A DNA stretch of 64,000 nt, from NCBI GenBank assembly GCA_963555755.3, contig OY820905.2, forward strand, positions 3,552,001-3,616,000. The letters run 5' to 3'. The notes beneath the pieces were generated by a model, which was given only the letters and a program-made list of their open reading frames with translations, ran no database searches and was not told the DNA's origin. The DNA is from Nitrospirales bacterium. GTDB lineage: Bacteria > Nitrospirota > Nitrospiria > Nitrospirales > UBA8639. Numbering within the stretch: position 1 is the stretch's first letter; each line of letters begins with the position of its first letter. The position numbers and the translations under genes were made by a program. Shown one piece after another: positions 49,845 through 58,680 of the stretch.

Positions 49845-51935
49845 TTACCCACACGATTTGGAGAAGAGCCCAAATTTTTTTGTCATATCCCCAGCATAGT
49901 AATTGCCCATGTTACGAGGATTTAAATATTCCGCGGCCTCCCGGGGAACATCGCGTGGCCGAAGATTTTGGCAAATGGTGATATCCTCATCATTTTCAAG
50001 ATCAAGAATCTCCGCCTGATCGTTAGGCCCTTCTTCGTTAAACAGAAGAACCAACGGTCGAAGACGATTTTTGAGATTGATGTTGACGACCATCCCAATT
50101 GATTCATTGCTCAGCAACACAAGCGATCCAGGGGGATAGACACCCAACACCCGAACTAATGCCACAACTGCCTCAGACCAAAACACAGCTTTTTGTTTGA
50201 CAAACAAATGGGATAAGGCCTCGGACGGGGTGAGCCGCTTTTCGATATCGGGATCGTTGCATAAATCATCATACCGATCGACCACCATCACAATGCGTGA
50301 GAACACACTAATCGCCTCTTCCCCTTTGAGCCCCATGGGGTAACCCGAACCATCAAGACGCTCATGATGTTGGTAGATCACCGCTAAACCTTCTTTGGGA
50401 AAGCCCGAGAACTTTTGAACCGTGCCTTTTCCATATCGAGGATGTTGACGATACCTGTCACGCTCACCGGCCGTCAGGTTAGGACGTTTCAGAAGAATTT
50501 TTCCAGGGACATTGAGTTCGCCAATATCGTGAAGGACCGCCCCCAACGCCAACATGCGAAGCTCCTCTTCTGTCAGGGCAAACTCCTTTCCGACCATCAG
50601 GCAGAGAGTACAGACATTGAGGGCATGCATAAACATGCCCTCCCCCATCTCATTGGACCTCATCACATTCAGCATAGACGTGGGGGCATCGGGACTCTCT
50701 AATAATGAGCTGAGCGCACTCACCATATCCTTGGCCTTTTGAACGCCTTCGATGTTCCCGACACTCAGGTCATGCATGACCGCTTTACTTTGCTGATAGG
50801 ACTCCTGATAGGCGCGATCAGCTTTTTTAAATCCCTCACAGTATTGGCCAAACACCTCGGTTGGCAATAGCTTAGCCGGCGGACCTTCGGGGATAATATC
50901 TTCCTCACCCCCAGTTTTCGCTGAGGACATAGCTACGACGGCTTCTTCTGGTGTTTCCTGAACCGTCCCTCCTGGTGTTCCTCTTCTCCTCCACTCTCCG
51001 GATCGGACTGCTCGGGATCAAAAAGAATTTCGACCTTCTTCAACTTTTGAAGGGCCGTTAATTCTTTGGTCGTACAAATCTTAGGCTCTTCAGGAAAATT
51101 TGTGGGTCGAGCACCTAACGAATCCTTTCCAAGGCACTGAAAAACCAACGAATTTTCCCACCGGGGACCGGTTTTATTTCGATGCTCATATTCAATTGAC
51201 TCATGGGGAAGTTTCGGATCAGTTGCAATTTTGGTGGAGTCGAGGCCTATGGCGATGACGGACATACTATGCGAGGGGCTCCTGTTCTGACTTAGGCGTC
51301 CAATCCCGTTCCGTTCGTGGTGAGCTTGTCGAACCATGAATGGTACACATTGAAGTTTCTGACCCTTCGACAAGCTCAGGGCGAACGGATTCTGTCAAGG
51401 AAGGTCTGACTCAAGACGCGAGTCTCACTCCACCAAAATTGCGATTGATCCGAAGTTTCCCTCAGGGTCCACAAGCCGATTAAGCCTACGGTGCAGGGGC
51501 TATGGCATGTGGCTTTGTGGGAAACCTCCTGAGTAGCGCCCTTATGGGGCGCGGCCCACCCAGACGACGGAAAGTAACTTGTGAGGCAACTGAGGAGGCA
51601 CAGGAGAGAAGAAAGGCCGAGGTCTGGTGAACCTGAATCCGTCATCCCCGACGTTGGTTATCGGGGATCTATCTTAAGAACGAACCTGGATTCCCGATAA
51701 CAGACGTCGGGAATGACGCGGGGAGGTACCTAGCGCCCTTATGGCGCGCGGCGCACCCGGACGACGGAGGATAGCATGAAGTTACTTAGGAGTTACCTGA
51801 GAAGTACCCACAAATTCTTCGGAGGAGCCAAATCTTAAAGATATTCGTGGGAAACCGATGACTAAACCACGGTCCATTGAGCCTGACATACAGGCCTTTT
51901 CGCAGTGTATCGTGTTGAATAGGAAGGAATGCCAT
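49845..51935 (-). pseudogene. DUF3391/HD-GYP c-di-GMP phosphodiesterase, disrupted
   Basis: N-terminus MAFLPIQ..KGLYV.L..PW..HRF..NIFKI is split by a 746-bp element, plus a frameshift near 50960-50990; the C-terminal ORF 49845-50930 has LHDIG and HHERLDGSGYP. Confidence 0.82.
51084..51829. mobile_element. 746-bp non-autonomous composite element, copy 1
   Basis: TIRs GGCTC(T/C)TC..(G)AA.AATTTGTGGGT; 8-bp TSD AAATCTTA. Confidence 0.92.
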
Positions 51936-51989
51936 GGGTGCGTGAAGGTTGCCTACATGATGTTAGGGAAAACGAGCATCGGCTCCTTA

Positions 51990-52147
51990 GGGTTCGCGCA
52001 AGAATAACTTCCCCTGTTTGGGCGTCGATCCATCCCGTCTGGCGGCGTTGCTCGTCCTTTCCATACGAGGAGTATGCGCAGTCCTCGCGCCTTGCCAGAC
52101 AGGTGTCTCAGCACCCAAACAGGTGAAGTTATTCTTGCGCGAACCCT
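51990..52147. mobile_element. MITE family B (reverse orientation), TSD TTA
   Basis: TTA-GGGTTCGCGCAAGAATAAC...TTCTTGCGCGAACCC-TTA. Confidence 0.88.
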
Positions 52148-52366
52148 TAGCTGAGTACGATGAGCAAAATTATCCAGACGAGCCGTCACGTATACTTATT
52201 GTTATCGTATTCACGGAGAGCCAACTTAAGGATTGCAAAAATGAAAGAACCCAACCTGCACAACTATTTCTGAACGGTAGAACCGAAGCCTGGGGGTGAG
52301 AAAACTGAACAGGACCGGTGGGAACAGACATGGCTCAAAACTTGCCGCGAGCTCTTGCGAGAACAC

Positions 52367-52713
52367 GGCCCGTAAAGAAATAAGTAGTACATTTATCCAT
52401 CTCATCTTCAGGCCATCTTTGGCCGATCTTCAATCGAGAAACCTTCAACCTAGAAACCGCAGTTGGATCACAAAAGTCCGCGCAAGCTCTTGGCGCACCT
52501 GATAAAATACAAAAATGTCTCATCACCACCGAGGTGACCACGACTTTTTGTATTTCACCAGGCACCCTAATATCTTACACGTCTTTTTTGCGCCCAACTG
52601 CCGTTTCTAGGTTCAAAATAGCACAACTATTCCTCCGGTTTCTCTCATTCAGATCGACCAAATCTGGCCTAAATCTAAGCGTCTAAATGTACCACTTATT
52701 TCTTTACGGACCC
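52367..52713. mobile_element. MITE family E carrying a nested family D MITE (52449-52611)
   Basis: TIRs CCGTAAAGAAATAAGT.GTACATTTA; nested CCTAG element with TTCAA TSD. Confidence 0.78.
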
Positions 52714-53187
52714 TTAATTCCGACAAGGACCCTGGATCGCGGCGCCCTGCAGGTCAACGCCATCCAGAATGGCATCTTTGAAATTGGCACGAGTAAAGTT
52801 GGCATCGCGAAGATCGGCCGCCCGAAGGTTCGCGTGAGAAAAATTGGCATCTTGCAAATCCGCCATGATCAGCAGCGCCTTCTCTAAACAAGCACCACTC
52901 AGATTCGTGCCTCGAAGGTCTGCCGCCACCAAGTCTGCCTCTGGCATATTCGCCCCTTGAAAATTGGCTCGTTGAACATTCGCGCTGAACAAGTGGATTT
53001 CCGTGGCTTCAATTCCGGAAAAATTGGCCTCCTGCACATTCGCTCCGGTCAAGTTCGCTTCCGTCAAACAGTATCCTGATAAATCCGCTCGAGCTAAATC
53101 CGGGCGAATACCAGGATTTTCCTCTCGCCAATCATTCCAAACTTGAACCCCTTGATCCAAAATTGCGAGATGTTCTGGGTTTGCCAT
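52714..53187 (-). CDS. pentapeptide repeat protein
   Basis: MANPEHLAIL.QGV..WN.WR..NP...PDL, then A(D/N)LXX repeats. Confidence 0.92.
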   Translation of the reverse strand: MANPEHLAILDQGVQVWNDWREENPGIRPDLARADLSGYCLTEANLTGANVQEANFSGIEATEIHLFSANVQRANFQGANMPEADLVAADLRGTNLSGACLEKALLIMADLQDANFSHANLRAADLRDANFTRANFKDAILDGVDLQGAAIQGPCRN

Positions 53188-53461
53188 ACCGTCCTTCTTT
53201 TAACAATTCACGCTGTTCATGGGAGATGGAGTTTCTACGAAAACAATCGTTTCAGTTCGTGGGAATTTCGAAACCCTCTGTTTCGGGTCCCTCATGCTTA
53301 TCGGCAAGAAATCCAGAAGCTAAAGGGGAGAGACCCCACCTTCTTTACATGGGGAACAGCCAGTCGACTCATTGAAAATGTGGGGAAAAACGAGCGCCGG
53401 CAATCAAGGCCATCATCAGGAAGACACAGGATGTGAAACAATCAGATCGTGATCCTGCCCC

Positions 53462-54706
53462 TTACTCTTTCAAAAGCGGCATAAGACCACCCATCCAGGC
53501 CAGGGATTCAAAATAACTTTTTTGCAGCGTGGAGTGATCAAGGCCAAGATGTTGAACCCCCTCCCAGTCTCCCTGTTCATAGGCCAAAACACATTGGAGG
53601 ACCTCCCCCCGTTTTCCCTTTCGCTCAATCAAGGCCTCGTGAACGTATGAAGAAAGCTCGACCATACTCAACACTTCCGACATGGGCTTATCCAACAGCG
53701 CATCAAGGACAGAAAACAGACCCACGGTGAAATATTCTTCCACGTCACTTTCGTGTAACGCCGTGGCGACTTCTTCGCTCATCTTTGCCCGCACCAGAGC
53801 AATAAGCAGCAACTCCATGGGCTTGTCATCCATCCCAGCCATGCCCAATAAGGTGCCCCAGGTTTTGAGCTTGGCCAATCCCACTAAACACGCGGCTTGT
53901 CCAATAGAGTCGATTCTCTTGGGTCGGGAAAAAAAGGCGGAGTTCACAAACCGGAGCACTTTATAACTGAGCGAAACATCTTGCTTGATGATGGCTTCAA
54001 CTTCTCCCATTTCCGTTTCCGGATTTTGCAACTTGGCTAACAAGGACAAGATAGCGATTTGATTTGGAGGAATGCATGTTCCTTCAATAATTTTGGGTTT
54101 GCAGAAAAAATAACCTTGAAAGTAGTCAAACCCTAACTTTTTACACCATTCAAAGATTTCCTGCGATTCAATCTTTTCAGCCAAGAGTGTCACGGGCAAC
54201 TGTCTCAAAGTGGCCACATCCTCTGTAAGGCGTTTCGGTTCTAGCGCCATCACATCGAGCTTTACCATCTTCGCGCGCTCGACCATCGGTCGAAGCGCTT
54301 CGGTATATTCAAAGTCATCCAATGCCAGGGTATAGCCCTCCGCGGATAACCGTGTCATCGCTTGGATGACTTCATCATCCATGGGAATATTTTCCAATAT
54401 CTCCAACACCACACGATCTTTCGGCAAATCGCTACAGAGATTATCGCGCAAAAATCTGGTCGTGAGATTAATAAAGGCCAAATGTGGACCCACAATTTGA
54501 TCCAACCCGATTTCCAAAAACGTATTCAACATGACCCGAGCAGTCACGGCATCGCCATCGGAAAAGGTTGCCGCATTCATCTGGCCATCTCGATACAAGA
54601 GTTCATACCCCATGACCTGGAGATCACGATCGAAAATGGCCTGACGTCCGACCATTACCTGATTGGCAGTCTGATTGGGACCAACCGATGTGCTGGCACC
54701 TGACAT
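53462..54706 (-). CDS. EAL plus HDOD domain protein (YuxH-like)
   Basis: RQAI..GYELLYR, LEILE, LALDDF, LAEKIE, FQGYFF; HDOD D.SLSYKVLRFVNSA, F.VGLFS.LDA. Confidence 0.92.
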   Translation of the reverse strand: MSGASTSVGPNQTANQVMVGRQAIFDRDLQVMGYELLYRDGQMNAATFSDGDAVTARVMLNTFLEIGLDQIVGPHLAFINLTTRFLRDNLCSDLPKDRVVLEILENIPMDDEVIQAMTRLSAEGYTLALDDFEYTEALRPMVERAKMVKLDVMALEPKRLTEDVATLRQLPVTLLAEKIESQEIFEWCKKLGFDYFQGYFFCKPKIIEGTCIPPNQIAILSLLAKLQNPETEMGEVEAIIKQDVSLSYKVLRFVNSAFFSRPKRIDSIGQAACLVGLAKLKTWGTLLGMAGMDDKPMELLLIALVRAKMSEEVATALHESDVEEYFTVGLFSVLDALLDKPMSEVLSMVELSSYVHEALIERKGKRGEVLQCVLAYEQGDWEGVQHLGLDHSTLQKSYFESLAWMGGLMPLLKE

Positions 54707-54779
54707 GGAATTTCACCCCTTTGACATTGCCGAATAATGTGGATTCCTTGAGCTTTTTCGGATTGGGGAAACAAAAACT

Positions 54780-55525
54780 GGCTCTTCAGGAAAATTTGTG
54801 GGTCGAGCACCTAACGAATCCTTTCCGAGGCACTGAAAAACCAACGAATTTTCCCACCGGGGACCGGTTTTATTTCGATGCTCATATTCAATTGACTCAT
54901 GGGGAAGTTTCGGATCAGTTGCAATTTTGGTGGAGTCGAGGCCTATGGCGATGACGGACATACTATGCGAGGGGCTCCTGTTCTGATTTAGGCGTCCAAT
55001 CCCGTTCCGTTCGTGGTGAGCTTGTCGAACCATGAATGGTACACATTGAAGTTTCTGACCCTTCGACAAGCTCAGGGCGAACGGATTCTGTCAAGGAAGG
55101 TCTGACTCAAGACGCGAGTCTCACTCCACCAAAATTGCGATTGATCCGAAGTTTCCCTCAGGGTCCACAAGCCGATTAAGCCTACGGTGCAGGGGCTATG
55201 GCATGTGGCCTTGTGGGAAACCTCCTGAGTAGCGCCCTTATGGGGCGCGGCCCACCCAGACGACGGAAAGTAACTCGTGAGGCAACTGAGGAGGCACAGG
55301 AGAGAAGAAAGGCCGAGGTCTGGTGAACCTGAATCCGTCATCCCCGACGTTGGTTATCGGGGATCTATCTTAAGAACGAACCTGGATTCCCGATAACAGA
55401 CGTCGGGAATGACGCGGGGAGGTACCTAGCGCCCTTATGGCGCGCGGCGCACCCGGACGACGGAGGATAGCATGAAGTTACTTAGGAGTTACCTGAGAAG
55501 TACCCACAAATTCTTCGGAGGAGCC
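54780..55525. mobile_element. 746-bp non-autonomous composite element, copy 2
   Basis: Near-identical to 51084-51829; different 8-bp TSD CAAAAACT. Confidence 0.92.
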
Positions 55526-55599
55526 CAAAAACTCAACCATCTCGACGCAAACTCAGGCAAATCAGCAGGGTCAAACTGAACCTACGAGTTCTGGTGATA

Positions 55600-55652
55600 G
55601 GAGAGAGAGGTTGGGAGAGAGAGGTTGGGAGAGAGAGGTTGGGAGAAAGAGG
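55600..55652. repeat. 14-bp tandem repeat GGAGAGAGAGGTTG x ~3.5
   Basis: Read directly. Confidence 0.8.
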
Positions 55653-55657
55653 CGTTG

Positions 55658-56003
55658 GGGCCTGTGAAACAATAACTTGGACATCTCGCATCCCATCTTC
55701 GGGCCATCTTGGAACCTAGAAACAGCAGTCGGATCACAAAAGTCCGCGCAAGATCTTGGCGCACCTCGCAAAACAGAAAAATGTCTCATCACCACCAAGG
55801 TGACCACGACTTTTTCTGTTTCACGATGCACACCAATATTTTTCACGTCTTTTTTGCGCCCAACTGCCGTTTCTAGGTTGAACGCGCTTCAATCAAAACG
55901 CCTCTACATAGGCATGCTATGCCTCGGTGTTTTCTCAATCGTTACGTCCAAATCCGACCCAAACCTGGGCGCGATGTTGTCCAAGTTATTGTTTCACGGG
56001 CCC
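55658..56003. mobile_element. MITE family E carrying a nested family D MITE (55715-55877)
   Basis: TIRs GGGCC(T/C)GTGAAACAATAACTTGGACA; abuts the DsbA stop codon. Confidence 0.82.
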
Positions 56004-56825
56004 CTACGGCTTGGCGGCCGGAGATTTTCCGTCTTTCGCAGGCAGGGGTTTTTGTACAGCCTCGATCACTTGCTGAAACTTGGCGAAGGGTTGTGCGCCA
56101 CGAACGATGGTCCCAGTGATCGTATCACCGGCGCCGCTCTTTCCAATAATAAACGATGGGGTACCACGCACCCCGGCCTTGGCTCCATCCTGGATGTTTT
56201 GTTGAATGGCTGCGGCATGCTGCCCGCGTTCCAAGCATGATTCAAACGTAGCCACATCCAACCCAATGGCCTCGGCATTTCGTGAGAGGGCCGGAAGAGA
56301 AAGATCTTTCTGATTCTGAAACAAGACGTCATGCATATCCCAATACCGATCCTGCTCCCCAGCACAATGCGCACTCTCGTGCGCTTTAGCCGCTTGAGGA
56401 TGAATCTGCGTCAGGGGGAAATCGCGAAACACATAGCGGACCTTTCCTGTATCGATATAGTCGCGTTTCAGCTGCGGGAAAACTTGAAGAGTAAAACGTT
56501 TGCAATACGGACATTGATAATCAGAAAACTCGACAATCGTCACCGGCGCATCAGCCTGCCCTAACGTAGGGTAGCCTCCAAAGCCCACGGTCGCGCTGGT
56601 CTTTTCGGGAGGGGCCTCCTTGAACGCCCCTTGAAGGAGTTTTTTAATCTCTGCCACATCTTTCTTCATCTCCTGTAAGTCTTCGCGGAGCGTGCGGATT
56701 TCTTCTTCAACTCCCGCCAGGCTAACCCCAGGACCGGCCATCAAGCACACCACAAACAAGGACACCAACCCTATCGCCACTTGGCTGATTCGGTGACCAA
56801 CAGTCGATCGAGATAATTTCTTCAT
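56004..56825 (-). CDS. DsbA-family thiol oxidoreductase
   Basis: EFSDYQCPYC, RDFPL..IHP.A, GVRGTPSF; signal/TM plus coiled coil. Confidence 0.92.
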   Translation of the reverse strand: MKKLSRSTVGHRISQVAIGLVSLFVVCLMAGPGVSLAGVEEEIRTLREDLQEMKKDVAEIKKLLQGAFKEAPPEKTSATVGFGGYPTLGQADAPVTIVEFSDYQCPYCKRFTLQVFPQLKRDYIDTGKVRYVFRDFPLTQIHPQAAKAHESAHCAGEQDRYWDMHDVLFQNQKDLSLPALSRNAEAIGLDVATFESCLERGQHAAAIQQNIQDGAKAGVRGTPSFIIGKSGAGDTITGTIVRGAQPFAKFQQVIEAVQKPLPAKDGKSPAAKP

Positions 56826-57012
56826 GGATAAGGATCCCTTTCTTTAAAGCCTGGCTATTAAGGGTACAGGTCAAAGCTTCGACACCAATGACGTTCTCAC
56901 TATCTCAACACAGGGTAGCCCGGAATGCAATACGTAGGTTGTGACTTGGGTTGAACGAAGCAAATCGAGTATCGTGTATTCACGAGACTTTGACAACCAC
57001 TGATCACACTAT

Positions 57013-57225
57013 GGGAATGTTGAAAAAAGCCGCCAGCGGCGTTCTCGCCCTTTTGCCGTGCTCACGTACTATGAGTACGCTCCGCGCGTCAAAATGGCTG
57101 CGGCCTTGCTGGATAGACCCTTCGGAAAGACTCAGGGCATGCTTTTTTGAACATTCCCTCCCCTTGACAATGCTTGGCTCATCCAGAGCTTTTATTGGCA
57201 ATTGACGCGAAATATTCAACAGCCC
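57013..57225. mobile_element. MITE family A long form
   Basis: GGGAATGTTGAAAAAAG...AATATTCAACAGCCCC. Confidence 0.8.
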
Positions 57226-57957
57226 CACTATTTCGCCTCGAAGCCATGCGATGGAGCTTCGAAAGTTCCAATGCAGGAGCCTTCGCTGTTCCCCTAGCGG
57301 GGGCCGTGCTGCCGCCTGAATGGGTGAGGGCCCGGCAGTCCTGCCGGAGTCGAAGGAGCATGGGGAAAAGGGGACATTCTGATTTTTTTGCAGGGGACCG
57401 AAACGCGGGCATTCTGAGGCGCTGTCGTGCGCGTGCTGCACCATCGCGGGGTGGGAATTTCCAACATTCGATTTGAGCGCGAAGAAAAGGGACATTCCTC
57501 AAAAAGCCTCGCGCCTCCGGGTGTGGGGCTTTTGTCCAAATGGTCAAACATGCAGGATAGCCCTCTCAACGAGAATTCGCTATAAACTGGTGTGAAGGGC
57601 GAACACTTAGGGTGCCAATGCCCTTATTCACTCTTTACGAACCTGTCCACAAAACCGGGGCTAGACCGGTCCACCTGGAAATATAGTAAAGAGTGATGAG
57701 TCATGATAAAATCGTGATCAGTAATGCGTGAAGCGTGATGCCTAAAATGGGGAAACGTCTTTTTGTCTACGGATCATGCATGACGGTTTTCGGATTATGA
57801 CTTCTTCCCCATCGACCCATTACTTTTCTCCAATGCGCCTCACGTATTACGAGTTACGTCTTGTGAACGACGAACCTCGAACGACATCTTTGGTTCCGGG
57901 TCGTCCGGGTTAGGGCCTGTGAGTGAAGGTAGTGTCTGATCCTATGTATGCTGTGGT

Positions 57958-58488
57958 TTGGATGGATGGGAGGGCTGCTCCTTGGTACATCCCACTTCAA
58001 TGATGGTCATCGGGACATTCGTGGCGACGGTGAGTTTTCTCGCGATCACCACGAATGCCGCCGCCTCAACCCCACTCAGTCCCGTCCCGGATGCTACGTT
58101 TCAGAAATTAGATGGAACGCCCATTACGTTGTCTGACTTGAAGGGAGCCGTGGTGCTCATTAATTTCTGGGGCACCTGGTGTGGGCCTTGTCTTCAAGAG
58201 ATCCCGCACCTTGTGCGTCTATCACATCAGCTAAAAACCAAAGGGTTGGACGTGATAGGAATTGCCCTGGACTCTGGGGACCCCAAGGATATTCAAGCCT
58301 TCATGGCAGATCATGGAATGGACTATGTCGTTTGGATGGGTGACCTGGCTATGGTCAAAAAACGTTTCTATATAATGGGCTTTCCAACAAGTTTGCTGAT
58401 TGACCGCAAAGGGTTGATACTCAAACGGTACTTTGGCCCACAAACGGAAGAGGTGTTCAAACAGGATGTGGAATTGCTACTGGAATAA
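57958..58488 (+). CDS. TlpA-family disulfide reductase (start uncertain)
   Basis: INFWGTWCGPC..EIP, GFPTSLLIDR.G. Confidence 0.92.
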   Translation: MDGWEGCSLVHPTSMMVIGTFVATVSFLAITTNAAASTPLSPVPDATFQKLDGTPITLSDLKGAVVLINFWGTWCGPCLQEIPHLVRLSHQLKTKGLDVIGIALDSGDPKDIQAFMADHGMDYVVWMGDLAMVKKRFYIMGFPTSLLIDRKGLILKRYFGPQTEEVFKQDVELLLE

Positions 58489-58550
58489 ACAGGATTGACT
58501 ATATGAAAAGGTAGATTCCGTTGAGCGCTGATGTATAAGGTTGAACTTGC

Positions 58551-58667
58551 TATTCCCCGTAGCTTGCTACGGGGTTACCCCTTAGATTCCCCCTTTGGAA
58601 AAGGGGGTTAGGGGGATTTTCAAATCATTTTGTTCCTCTGAATACCCCGTCAGCTTGCTGCGGGGAT
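58551..58667. repeat. nested palindromes CCCCGTAGCTTGCTACGGGG / CCCCCTTTGGAAAAGGGGG / CCCCGTCAGCTTGCTGCGGGG
   Basis: Three hairpins between tlpA and the yyaL-like gene. Confidence 0.7.
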
Positions 58668-58680
58668 CTTTATTGAGTAA

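Noticed and set aside
50933..51645. ORFs MSKGQKLQC... and MTDSGSPDL... repeated at 54713-55341
   Set aside because: They lie in palindromic repeats of the 746-bp element, have no domain motifs and run into different flanks.
53190..53460. c-di-GMP riboswitch near the phosphodiesterase genes
   Set aside because: No GEMM-type consensus recognisable by eye.
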